From: a bacterium
GTDB lineage: Bacteria; UBA8248; JACPRG01; G963555815
Direction of reading: 5' to 3'
Assembly: GCA_965218795.1 (NCBI GenBank)
Contig: OZ244653.1
Coordinates: 1,056,001 to 1,120,000 of the forward strand
Length of the DNA: 64,000 bases
In this document: piece after piece, positions 1 to 9,967 of the stretch
Numbering within the stretch: position 1 is the first letter of the stretch
Layout: every line of letters starts with the position of its first letter
Program-made: the position numbers and the translations under genes
The notes under the pieces: generated by a model
The model's input: only the letters and a program-made list of their open reading frames with translations
Told to the model about the DNA's origin: nothing
Databases searched by the model: none

Positions 1-143
1 TGAATTCTTTGCTACACTTTGAGCTTTCGGAAGGCAGGTTTCCCGTTCCGGGCTTTGATGGATACTCCGGTCATTTTGACTCTCGAATGGTCGGGCAAAC
101 TCATTCTCGTGAGGCCCCCGTCCAACCTGACAAGGAGACAATC

Positions 144-1559
144 GTGGCAATCGATCTACTGATCCGCAACGGCACCATCGTCACCCCCGATGCAACGTTC
201 AAGGCATCGGTCGGCATCGACAAAGGGAAAGTCGTCGCCATCGGCGAAGAAATGAGCATCCCTGAAGGCCGGACCGTCATCAACGCCGAGGGGCTGCACG
301 TCCTCCCCGGCCTGATCGACGCACACGTCCATCTCCGCGAGCCGGGTGTCGAGTACAAAGAGGATTTCAACACCGGGAGCCGGGCGGCGGTGGCCGGGGG
401 AATCACCACGGTCGTTGACATGCCCAACGTCATTCCCCCCACGGCCGATGTGTCCGCCTTCGACCTGAAGGTCAGCTGCCTGCGCGGCAAATCCTTCGTG
501 GACGTCGCCGTGCTCGCCGTGGTCCTCAACACCAACCTGAAGCAACTGATTCCGCTCCACAAGGCTGGAGTCATCGGTTATAAGGTTTTCCTCGGCGAGA
601 CCGTCGGCGGAATTCCCGCGCCCGACGACGGCCCGCTGATCGAGGCCTGGGACATCATCGCCCCCACCGGACGCCGCACATGCATCCACGGCGAGCACCG
701 CCCCATTACCAGTCATCTGATTGAGAAGTTCAAAAAGGAGGGGCGCAAGGATCCGCTGGCGCACGTGGACAGCCGACCGCCCATCTCCGCGGTCCAGGCC
801 GTCATGACCGCGATCAACTACTGCCGCCTCACGGGGGCCAAGCTGCACGACCTGCATGAAGGCTGCAAAGAAGTCATCGACATGATCCGCGAAACCAAGG
901 AAAAGGGCGACGTGGACGTGACCGTGGAAACCGGGCCCCATTATCTCCTCATGACCGCCGAGGACATGAAGAAGAAGAAAATCGGGAACATGCTCCGCAT
1001 GAACCCCCCGATCCGCTACAAAGGGCACCATGACACGCTCTGGAAGGGACTGAACGACGGAACGATCGACATGATCGCGACGGACCATTCCCCGCACACG
1101 GTCGAGGAAAAATCCCAGGAGAGCATCTGGGACACCATCCCGGGCTTCCCGGGCGTTCAGACGAACGTCCCGCTGATCCTCACGGAGGTCAACAAGGGCC
1201 GGATGAGCCTCAACCAGTATGTCCGGGTCCAATCCGAGAACCCCGCGAAGGTCTGGCAGATGTATCCCGAGAAGGGGTCGCTGCAGCTCGGAACGGACGG
1301 CGACATCACGATCGTTGACTTGAAGAAGAAAGGCGTCATCCGCACCAAAGATCTCCTGTCGAAGAACAAGATCACGCCTTGGGACGGCTGGAAGGTCCAG
1401 GGGATGCCCGTCTATACCATCATCCGGGGACACGTCGTCATGGGAAACGGGAAGATCAACGGACCGCCGATCGGCGACCTGGTCACGCCCGTGGACCACA
1501 AGCCGGCCCGCAAGTCGGCCTCCAAGCCCAAACGCGCGGCGAGCGGAAAGAAAAAGTAG
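144..1559 (+). CDS. Cyclic amidohydrolase, dihydroorotase/allantoinase/hydantoinase family
   Basis: GLIDAHVHLREPG, DMPN, IATDHSPH and KGSLQLGTDGD motifs. GTG start at 144 after AAGGAGA. Lys-rich C-terminal tail. Confidence 0.88.
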   Translation: MAIDLLIRNGTIVTPDATFKASVGIDKGKVVAIGEEMSIPEGRTVINAEGLHVLPGLIDAHVHLREPGVEYKEDFNTGSRAAVAGGITTVVDMPNVIPPTADVSAFDLKVSCLRGKSFVDVAVLAVVLNTNLKQLIPLHKAGVIGYKVFLGETVGGIPAPDDGPLIEAWDIIAPTGRRTCIHGEHRPITSHLIEKFKKEGRKDPLAHVDSRPPISAVQAVMTAINYCRLTGAKLHDLHEGCKEVIDMIRETKEKGDVDVTVETGPHYLLMTAEDMKKKKIGNMLRMNPPIRYKGHHDTLWKGLNDGTIDMIATDHSPHTVEEKSQESIWDTIPGFPGVQTNVPLILTEVNKGRMSLNQYVRVQSENPAKVWQMYPEKGSLQLGTDGDITIVDLKKKGVIRTKDLLSKNKITPWDGWKVQGMPVYTIIRGHVVMGNGKINGPPIGDLVTPVDHKPARKSASKPKRAASGKKK

Positions 1560-1645
1560 CCAATCCGGCGCCGGTCCGCGCGGACTCCGCGGGGACCGGC
1601 GGCCGTTGTACAGTGTCCGACCACCCGTTGTTGGAGGAAAATCCG

Positions 1646-2815
1646 ATGAGCACCGCCCTGGAGGATCGGGGAGCGGTTTCCCGCCCGGCCATCGAAGACA
1701 ACCTGTATCTGTTCTGGAGCCTCATGGAGGACGCCGGAATCCGACGCGGCCAAATCCTGAAAACGCTCCGGGAGGGAGAGCGCCGCCTGGGGACGACCCG
1801 CCTGGAGGAAATTCAGCACATGAGCCGGGGCGCGGAAGTCCCGTTCGTGGAACTTCTCGCCTTCAATCTGTATGAGGACGCGGTGTTCCGCGACGGGTGC
1901 ACCGTGCTCATGGCATTGGGGAAGGCCTCAGCTTCGGGAAATCCGATCCTCCTGAAGAACAGCGACAAGGTCGGCGGAAAGACCCTGGAAGGGCCCAACT
2001 TCCACCTCAACAAGGAAATCAACGTCATTCAGGACACACGCTCGGACTCGGGCCACCGGATTCTGGGCGTTTGCGCCGCGGGATCGACCGGAATCAAGAT
2101 GGGGATGAACGACGCGGGCGTCGTCACGGCCAGCAATATCGGACGAACGACGGAGCTCAAAGAGAAGAAGGTGGATCTGACATCACTCCGGGCGATCGAT
2201 CGGGCCCAGATCATGCGCGACGGCCTGGAGTTCGACAACGCCCACGAGGCCGCGGACAAGACCCTGGCCGATCTGATGAAGAACCCGATGAGCACGCCCG
2301 GCAACGTCGAGTTCCTCGACAAGGATGAATGCTTCATCATCGAGGGGTCTTACACGCAGTTCGCGGTGGAGATCGTCCGGGGTGATCGGGTTGCCGCGCG
2401 CGCCAATCACTTCCGCCTCCTCGACCAATTGAACGACCCGGATGACGTTGCGGGGCACAAGCGATACGCGCGCTGCATGGAGCTTCTGGAGGGGCACTAC
2501 GGCGGCATCGACCGCGCCAGGATGATCGACTTCTCGATGGATCACGCCAACGGGCCGGGCCCCAGTTCCATCTGCCGATACGGAACGGCCCCTGAAGAAG
2601 AAACCTCACTCTCGGCGATGGTCATGGAGATCGATCCGGAGAATCCGAAAAAATCCGTAGCCAGCATCTGCCTGGGCAAGCCCAGTTATGCCTGGCGGGA
2701 TCCCGCGGGCAACATCACATTGACGATGGACAGTCCTCCGGAGGAGATTCCGGAGGAGTTCCTGAACGGGGAGATCTGGAAGCGGTTTTATTCGGAGGAA
2801 CCGTTCGCGGCCTGA
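1646..2815 (+). CDS. Peptidase C45 / Ntn-hydrolase family (acyl-CoA:6-APA acyltransferase-like)
   Basis: G|CT autocleavage site (DGCTVLMA), LLKNSD, GMNDAGV, ARANHF. ATG at 1646 after GGAGG. Confidence 0.8.
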   Translation: MSTALEDRGAVSRPAIEDNLYLFWSLMEDAGIRRGQILKTLREGERRLGTTRLEEIQHMSRGAEVPFVELLAFNLYEDAVFRDGCTVLMALGKASASGNPILLKNSDKVGGKTLEGPNFHLNKEINVIQDTRSDSGHRILGVCAAGSTGIKMGMNDAGVVTASNIGRTTELKEKKVDLTSLRAIDRAQIMRDGLEFDNAHEAADKTLADLMKNPMSTPGNVEFLDKDECFIIEGSYTQFAVEIVRGDRVAARANHFRLLDQLNDPDDVAGHKRYARCMELLEGHYGGIDRARMIDFSMDHANGPGPSSICRYGTAPEEETSLSAMVMEIDPENPKKSVASICLGKPSYAWRDPAGNITLTMDSPPEEIPEEFLNGEIWKRFYSEEPFAA

Positions 2816-2838
2816 ACGGGAAAACAGAGGGGAATCGA

Positions 2839-3895
2839 TCAGGAAAGTCTTGCCGCCAGCCAGTCGGCCATCTTGGGGCGCTCGAAGTGGGCGACATGGT
2901 GGACGCCGTGGATTCCGTTCGGTATCAGGACCAGTTCCGTTTCCCCGCCCGCCTCGGCGGCCATCTGACGGGCCCGTTCCGCAGGCATGATAGCGTCGTT
3001 TTCGCCGTGGAGGATGTAGAGCGGGCATTTGAGGTTTTCCCAAGACCCCCTTTAGCGAGAACGGCCTCAGATAGTCCTTGGTTTCTTCCCAGCTGCCTGT
3101 TTTCGTCACGTGCTGGAAGCCATCCTTGATGATGGGCGGCATGGTATCGAAATTCACGAAATCGTAGAAGGCGCCATAGGCGCAGCAGGCGCGGAAGCGC
3201 GGCTCGCGCCCCGCGCAAAGGGGCGCAAGGTAGCCCCCGAAGCTCCTGCCGTACACAGCGATCCGCCTGGTATCGATCTCCGGGCGCGTCAGCAGGTATT
3301 CCAGAACCGCGGTGCCCGTCCGCTCGAAACCGGGTTGGATCGGCATATCGAAATAGACCTCCCCCTGCCCCGGCCCGTCGCACGCAAAGGTGGCCACGCC
3401 GCGGCGAAGGAGCATCTGCTCGAACAGGTAACTCTCCTCTTTGGTGCTCTCCAATCCGCCGATCAGGACGGCGCAGGGTGACTTGGATGGCCCGCCGGGC
3501 AGCCTGAGGAAACCCGGCAACACGGTCCCCTCATAAGGGATCTCGATTCGCTCGGCCGGCGGGACGAGCAACGGTGCCGCCCGGTTGAAGAGATCGACCT
3601 TCCGGTGCTGGGCCGCATTCTTTTTCTCCAGGTCGTGCCAGAACAGGTACTGGCCGTAATGGAAGTACAGGCTGGCCAGCCAAAGCTCCTCCCCCGCCGT
3701 CACCTTCGAGCCCCGCCTCAGCGCTTCTTCCCCTTCGGCTTCGTGGCGGCTTCCCATCTCGCACCAGACGTCGCACCAGTCGTCCCACGCCAGGGTCTTC
3801 GAGCGCATGACGACCAGCTCGTTGTGATTAACGCCGTCGGACAGGAGCCGGGCGGTGTAGTAATCCCACATATCGGAAACGTTGTATTCCGTCAT
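2839..3895 (-). pseudogene. Alpha/beta hydrolase resembling 2,6-dihydroxypseudooxynicotine hydrolase; +1 frameshift near 3040
   Basis: GGLESTKEES, DGPGQGE and GRSFGG nucleophile motif. Removing one G at ~3039-3041 restores LENLKCPLYILHGEND...GIHGVHH...KMADWLAARLS* (TGA 2841-2839). The indel may be a sequencing error. Confidence 0.82.
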
Positions 3896-4268
3896 CGTCA
3901 AGACACCCCGGCAATGGGTACGCTCTACCCTTGGAGACGTGGCCGCGTCAGCCATCCGATCGACCCGCGCCGACTTGCTGACGGCCAAGGATTCATCGAT
4001 GGGATTTTATCGCGGAAACCGCGGGAACGACACAGCCGAGGAAGCCGCGTAAGGAGGCAGGAAGCAGGCCGCGGCAAACCCACCCCCGGCGAGCTTTCTG
4101 ACGAAGACCTGGAAAACGCAGCGGGGAAAAGCGGGCCCGGCCAGGCCCGGCTCTTTATCGCACACGGGCGGGAGCGCCGGGTTTTCGAATCGTATGATTT
4201 TGAGCGCGTCGAAAGAAGGAGAATTCCTGTAGGGCGTGTTGCCCTCAAAAAAGACCGAAGACCCGCTT

Positions 4269-5125
4269 CTACCGGATGGTCCCGTCGTTCAGCGTCCAAT
4301 CGTAATGGCCGCCATCGATGCGGACGCGCCCTTCCAGCCTCGCGGCCAAGTCGGGGGCGGCATATTTTTTCAAGTGCTCGATGACCGATTGGTCGGTCCC
4401 GCCGAAGTCTTCGATGAACCACCGGTAAATGCTCGATACAATCAAGCCTCGCTCGGAAACCGAAACGCCCCGGCGATTGTTGATGTAGTTGCGGGCGCCT
4501 TCGTCCAGCAGCCGCTCGGCGTTCTCGGCCGTGTAGGGCACGGACGCCAGATTGGGGCAGCCCAGCGACGCGCAGTTGACGGCGTAATGAACCATCGGAT
4601 CCCGCCAGATGGGCCGAAGGATCCGATGCTCGATGTCGTCCAGACTCACGCGTTCTCCCTCGACGATCGCCAGCTTTTTCCCCCAGGGTCCCCAGGAAAA
4701 CCAGCCCGGGGAGATATTGATCTTCCGGATGCTTTTCACGGGGTAATGGTCCATGACGACTTTGACCGTCAGCGCATTGTAGAGGTTGATCCAATAGGCG
4801 AACTGCTCGCTCCGGTTCAAACCGCTGACGGAAACGGCTTCCAAGGCCCGCAGATCAGTATCCAGTTTTTCACATCAGCCTCTTTCACCATGCCGTAACC
4901 CAGACGATTGATCCCGTCCCTCCCGTGGGAGAGATACTTGTGAAGGAATTCCGCCCAGAGGTCATGATTGACGGTTTGACGGGACGACGGCTGATTGGCG
5001 AGCCACCGCTCCCAGAGATCCACCTTGGGCGCGGCTTCGGCCTGGATTGGCGCTACGGGCAATAGCAACAGGCCCGGGACGAGGCCCATAATAAGCTTTT
5101 TCACGATGGAACCGACTGCACACAT
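4269..5125 (-). pseudogene. Secreted DUF547 domain protein; -1 frameshift in A-run near 4866-4870
   Basis: Signal peptide and HDLWAEFLHKY in ORF 4817-5125. AYWINLYNALT, SLDDIEHRILR, HYAVNCASLGCP and YDWTLND in ORF 4269-4844. Adding one A joins the two. Confidence 0.82.
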
Positions 5126-5385
5126 TTCCCCCTCCCCTCTTCCCTAGATTTGACTCAAAATCCGGAAAAAGGGTTCAAGCATTCCATCTTGGAAATCAAA
5201 CATTATTACCTGTTTTGTCCCGGCAAAAGCCGAAATTTCAGGGTCCTTGAGCCATTGCCTGACAATGGAGAACCACAACGTCACGATTCCATTCCGGATA
5301 TCCTGGGAGTTGCGGTCCGAATAGCTCCTCCGGCAACCTGTGGAAAGACTGATTGACAAATCGCCATTATTTTAATAAACACATG

Positions 5386-5411
5386 AATCAATAAATTATA
5401 ACTTATTGATT
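5386..5411. promoter_or_regulatory. 26-bp near-perfect palindrome made of two inverted IHF-consensus sites; TTGACA at 5353-5358
   Basis: AATCAATAAATTA (+) and AATCAATAAGTTA (-) both match WATCAANNNNTTR. They sit in an AT-rich intergenic region upstream of 5472. Confidence 0.55.
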
Positions 5412-5471
5412 AAAAATAAATTATCATCATATGAATCGTGCTGAGATCCATTCTTGAAAGGAGGCCCGGCC

Positions 5472-6869
5472 ATGCCCAGCCTGCTCATCGAGGGCGGATA
5501 TGTCCTCACGATGAATCCAAACCGGGAGATCATCCGTGACGGGGCCGTCGTCATACAGGGAAACCGCATCGCCTGGGTCGGAAAAAAGTCGGATTTGACG
5601 GATTCGCAGCGAAAAGGTGTGCGGATCATCGACGCCGCGGGGAAACTCGTCCTGCCCGGCTTCGTGGACGCCCACGTCCACAATTCCCAAATGCTGGCGC
5701 GCGGCATCAGCGACGATGTGGACCTGATGACCTGGCTTTACGAGCGCATCCTTCCATACGAGGCCCTGCTCACCCCGGAAGACGCCTACATCAGCACCCT
5801 GCTCTGTTGCGTGGAGATGATCCGGACGGGCACAACCACAACCGCCGACCCCGGCAGCTACCAGATGGATCAGGTGGCGCAGGGCATGGCCGATACCGGG
5901 ATCCGCGGCATCATCTCCTGGGCGGCCAATGACGAGTATGCGGTGGACCGTCCGCTCCCCAAGGACCTGCCCGGAAACGTCTCGACCGAGGAATCGATCC
6001 AGATTCAGGAAGACCTGATCCGCAGATGGCAGGGCGCGGAAAACGGGCGGATTGGGGTCTCTTACGCCATTCGGACGGAAGTCAACGCCAGCAAGGATCT
6101 GCTTCAGGAGATCCACCGGCTTTCGGCGGAGAATGGGCTGATCGCCCAGATGCACGTCGCCGTGGTGCCCGAACAGTCGGAATACATGAGGAAGAAAACG
6201 GGCATGCCGAGCATCGAGTACCTGCACTCCATCGGCTGCCTTGGACCGAATTGGCTGCTGACCCACATGGCGTGGCTGTCGGACCACGAAGCGGACTTGG
6301 TGGCGGAGACTGATACGCGCGTCTGTCACTGCCCCGGAGCGGCGCTCAAGTGCGTGTACGGCTCCGTCTCGCAGGGGAAGTTCCCTGAAATGTTCGAGAA
6401 GGGGGTCACCATCGCCCTGGGCTGTGACGCGAGCGCCGCCAACAACACGCTGGACATGTTCCGGGCGATGTACCACGTCTCCACCGCCCACAAGGAGGCG
6501 CGGATGGACGCCGCCCTCCTCCCCCCTGAAAAGGCGCTCGAGATGGCCACGATCGACAGCGCCAAAGCGCTCAAGATGGATGACGAGGTCGGCTCGCTCG
6601 AGGCCGGGAAGAAAGCCGACGTCATTGTGGTCAATCCCAACCGCCCCAATTGGCTTCCCATGCACGAGTTCTCGATCGTTCCCAATATCGTCTACGCGGG
6701 GGACGGCCACGACGTCGAGACCAGTGTCATCGACGGCAGGGTCGTGATGGAAAGGAGCAGGATCAAGACGGTCGACGAGGAAGAGATAGTGGAAAAGGCG
6801 CGGGAGGCCGGCCGCCGGCTGGTCAGCGAGCTCCCTTATCGGCTGGAACCCCGATGGCCTGTCATATAA
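5472..6869 (+). CDS. Metal-dependent amidohydrolase, MTA/SAH-deaminase / AtzA / SsnA-like
   Basis: PGFVDAHVH, EMIRTGTTT, LLTHMAW, CHCP, ALGCD, GSLEAGKKAD. ATG after AGGAGG. Confidence 0.9.
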   Translation: MPSLLIEGGYVLTMNPNREIIRDGAVVIQGNRIAWVGKKSDLTDSQRKGVRIIDAAGKLVLPGFVDAHVHNSQMLARGISDDVDLMTWLYERILPYEALLTPEDAYISTLLCCVEMIRTGTTTTADPGSYQMDQVAQGMADTGIRGIISWAANDEYAVDRPLPKDLPGNVSTEESIQIQEDLIRRWQGAENGRIGVSYAIRTEVNASKDLLQEIHRLSAENGLIAQMHVAVVPEQSEYMRKKTGMPSIEYLHSIGCLGPNWLLTHMAWLSDHEADLVAETDTRVCHCPGAALKCVYGSVSQGKFPEMFEKGVTIALGCDASAANNTLDMFRAMYHVSTAHKEARMDAALLPPEKALEMATIDSAKALKMDDEVGSLEAGKKADVIVVNPNRPNWLPMHEFSIVPNIVYAGDGHDVETSVIDGRVVMERSRIKTVDEEEIVEKAREAGRRLVSELPYRLEPRWPVI

Positions 6870-6988
6870 CGGTGGATTGCAGGCATATCACCAGCGAGCG
6901 GCCGAATCGCTTTCTGCTGAAGCGGCTCCCGCAAACAGGAGGCTCACATGAATGCTCAAGACTCTGAAGGACGAGAAAGTCTGGCCGG

Positions 6989-7591
6989 TCAGCCAGCCGG
7001 ACCCTCCTGCTTCCCCAAGGCCTCGATGACCTCATCGGTCGGGTCCATGCCCATGATGACCTGTCCGTCAACGATATACGTGGGAATGCCCTCCACGCCC
7101 ATCGACTCCCCCTGCCGCCTCAGGTCGTCAAGCTCTTTCGCGTAGGTTCGAGCTTCCAGGGTCTCGCTCAAAGCCTTCCCGTCGAGCCCGGCCTGTTCCC
7201 CGATCGATATCAGGACCTGGGGGTCGCCGATATCCAGGTCTTCATGGAACCGCGCTTGATAAACGGCGTTCCGGAACTCCTTCATCTTCCCCTGATCCCT
7301 GGCGAAGAGCGTCGCCTGATGCGCCAAGCGGGTTCGGCACTTGTTCTGGGGGAAGATGAGCGTCATGCCGTACCTTTCCGCCAGAGACCTGTGCCGGGCC
7401 AGCCGCTGCTCCGCTTCCTCCGGCGTCGATTCCAGAAACGCGACACCTTCCGGGCGTCCTTCCCAAGGGGTCCAGAGGACCTTGACGCCGGTTTCCTTCT
7501 CAATGACCTCGGCCCCGCCGAGGGAGACGTAGCAAAACGGTCACGTATAATCCGCGAACTCGTGAATCACTTTTTGTCCTTCGGGCATCAT
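6989..7591 (-). CDS. DsbA/FrnE-family thiol-disulfide oxidoreductase, probable selenoprotein (UPFC)
   Basis: AGGAGG RBS, then MMPEGQKVIHEFADYT-TGA(7543-7541)-PFCY, continuing open in frame into ORF 6989-7366 with the cis-Pro motif GVEGIPTYIVDG. Confidence 0.85.
7507..7523 (-). promoter_or_regulatory. Candidate bacterial SECIS hairpin
   Basis: mRNA reads CCUCGGC-GGG-GCCGAGG: 7-bp stem with a G-containing apical loop, starting 17 nt 3' of the UGA. Confidence 0.6.
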
Positions 7592-7620
7592 GTCGCTCCT
7601 CCTCATTGTGGGTCAGGTGA

Positions 7621-7633
7621 AATCAATCGCTTG
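7621..7633. promoter_or_regulatory. IHF-consensus site upstream of the DsbA-like gene
   Basis: AATCAATCGCTTG matches WATCAANNNNTTR. Confidence 0.35.
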
Positions 7634-7727
7634 ACATCGGAAGATAATCAGCCCCCGCCCTGCGCGTCGGGATGTGGCTGAAAACGCCCCCCCGAACACC
7701 CGGTCCATTTCTGAAGCGGCCCTGCGA

Positions 7728-8879
7728 TCAGACCGCGGACAGCGCCTTGGAGGGGACGCAGACCAAACCTTCCATCAACCGCCGGGCCGTGCGTATGACC
7801 GTGGCCTTGAGCAGCTCGCCGTCCCGCACCTCGGCTTCAACCTCGATCACGCCGGCCGGGTGGCCGATGCGGAGGGTCTTCGGCAGCCCGCCCCGGGCCT
7901 CGCGGACGATTCGGTTCACCAGCGTCCCTTCGGTGCAGGCCGCCGCGGCCGTGCAGATCGCGCCCGTCAGGGCGTACGCCTTGTGGGCCCTGCCCATCGA
8001 CAACATGCGGCCGCGCAGATCGTGCTCCTCGGCGGAGACGGGACGGCCGGAAGCGTCCGTGTAATCCTCGGGCGGGGCCACAACGGCGACCTTCGGAATC
8101 GCCTGGCTCTCCAGGCGGGCGTGCGCCGGGTCCATCACGAATCCGAGCTGGAAGGCCACCTCGCCCCGAATCCGCTCCAGTCTGGCCAGGACGACTTGTG
8201 AGGCCTCCATCTCGTCGGCGGTCTCCGATCCGGTCCAGCCGACCTGCTCGGCCGGGACGAAGAACAGCGGGTTGGCCGCGTCCACAACGGAAAGGGTGAA
8301 GGCGCCGTACTCCCCGACATCCACCTCGTCCACGGGTTTGCCCAGGGGAAGGAGCTTTCCGGTCACCGCGCCTCCGGCCTCGAGGAACCCGACCCGAATG
8401 GGCGGAGCCGTTCCGGGCACTCCGGGGATGTACGTATCGCCCTCTTCCCTGGGCGCGCCCCCTTCAACGGGAACGGCGAGCTCGATCACCTTGTTCGTGT
8501 TCGTATTCAGGACGCGGACGCGCGCTTCAGAGTCCGTACGCTCCACCCATCCCTCCTCGACGGCGAACAGCCCGACCGCAGAGGAGATGTTCCCGCAGTT
8601 GTTGCGCCAATCCACCGAGGGCCGGTCCAAGGAGACCTGCGCGAACGTGTAATCGACGTCGATCCCTTCCCTGTCCGACGGACCGACGATGGCGCACTTG
8701 CTCGTCAACGGGTCCGCCCCGCCCAGACCGTCGATCTGGCGGGGGTCCGGACTGCCGAACGCGGCCACCAGTATCCGGTCTCGCGTCTCCCGGTCATCGG
8801 GCAGGTCCTCTTCCTTGAAGAACAGGGCCTTGCTCGTGCCGCCCCGCATGATGACGCAGGGTATCCTTGCCTGGACCAT
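7728..8879 (-). CDS. PrpF family isomerase (2-methylaconitate / methylitaconate isomerase / 4-oxalomesaconate tautomerase-like)
   Basis: MRGGTSK, QIDGLGGADPLTSK, NCGNISSAVG, HKAYALTG, IGHPAG, RTARRLMEG. ATG after GGAGG. Confidence 0.92.
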   Translation of the reverse strand: MVQARIPCVIMRGGTSKALFFKEEDLPDDRETRDRILVAAFGSPDPRQIDGLGGADPLTSKCAIVGPSDREGIDVDYTFAQVSLDRPSVDWRNNCGNISSAVGLFAVEEGWVERTDSEARVRVLNTNTNKVIELAVPVEGGAPREEGDTYIPGVPGTAPPIRVGFLEAGGAVTGKLLPLGKPVDEVDVGEYGAFTLSVVDAANPLFFVPAEQVGWTGSETADEMEASQVVLARLERIRGEVAFQLGFVMDPAHARLESQAIPKVAVVAPPEDYTDASGRPVSAEEHDLRGRMLSMGRAHKAYALTGAICTAAAACTEGTLVNRIVREARGGLPKTLRIGHPAGVIEVEAEVRDGELLKATVIRTARRLMEGLVCVPSKALSAV

Positions 8880-9093
8880 CGAACGCCTCCGCATAACCTG
8901 TTTTCTACCTGAGAGAATATCAGACTTTCCCGCGGGGCTCCCTGACAAACCTGTCGAACGTCCAGCGGGCTCCGGAAAACTTGGGTCCCTCTCCCACTCG
9001 CATCAGAATTCGTCCGCCCTGTCATTCCGAACGTTGGCTGGCCCGCGCGAGGGAGCCGCTCCGGCCTGAACATGGCCGGATTGGGCGGTCCTG

Positions 9094-9119
9094 TGGATTC
9101 CCGCTTCCGCGGGAATGAC
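9094..9119 (-). repeat. REP-like palindrome GTCATTCCYGC-N4-GCRGGAATCCA
   Basis: tggattcccgcttccgcgggaatgac. Confidence 0.75.
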
Positions 9120-9202
9120 AAGTGAGGCGTGGCCTGCGGGAATGCCCCCCGCCTGAGACACACGGGGGGCCAGGCTCGTCGGGGCTCGACAGGGACCTGC
9201 CT

Positions 9203-9228
9203 GTCATTCCTGCGCAGGCAGGAATCTA
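9203..9228 (+). repeat. REP-like palindrome
   Basis: gtcattcctgcgcaggcaggaatcta; 9201-9226 is identical to 9966-9991. Confidence 0.75.
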
Positions 9229-9456
9229 TGAGCATTTAAGTAGAGGGACTGGGCGGGAAGGACGAAGCAGAAGGGGAGCTGCTGTGATGCCAACTTCAAG
9301 AAAGGGGGTGAGATGAAGCCTGAAAGCCCTTTCGACCAATGCCTCAAAGTAAATTCCTTGTGAGGGAATGTTTGGATAAATTGAATGGTGGGTTCGAACA
9401 AGTGTCTCAATTGTTGTAAGTAAGCCTTCTGCAAATATTTCCTGCCGCTGCTCCAT
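9226..9456 (-). pseudogene. AT-rich truncated gene fragment of unknown function
   Basis: Protein-like stretch MEQRQEIFAEGLLTTIETLVRTHHSIYPNIPSQGIYFEALVERAF in locally low-GC DNA, ending at a REP copy. Confidence 0.3.
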
Positions 9457-9967
9457 GCCATTATCCCGCTCTTGGATTGAATGGGATTCTACAGCATACC
9501 GGTTGAGATTTCGGTTGTAATAAGTAGACGATTCAGACGATTATTCGTTTGACTTTCGTATGGTTCTGGCTCATATTTGATCAAAGCCTTATGGGGGAAA
9601 GGACAATTGCGTCCGATAGCAAGAGTTGAGAATCAACCAGACACAGGATGTTGGGGTAAGGTGCGCTTGCCTGCCGGGGAACAACCCGAAACATTGAAAA
9701 AGGACCAAACAAAGCCAAATTTTCCAAGCCTGGATTGAACTTTTTCTTTGGCTTTTGGCTTTCCGGGAGAAAGCCTGACCCAAAGATTTCACGGATTCTT
9801 AGAGAGGACCCTCGCGTCCCCTCGGGACGATGATCCGATTCTTCGGGGGAAACGTTTGGGGTGGGCCTCAGAATGACGGTTCAGGCCGGGACAGTGACCG
9901 GCCCTTGCAGCCACGCGAAGGGACATCGTCCCAAGCGCGGCGAGACCGCTGCGGCACGTTTGAGTCT

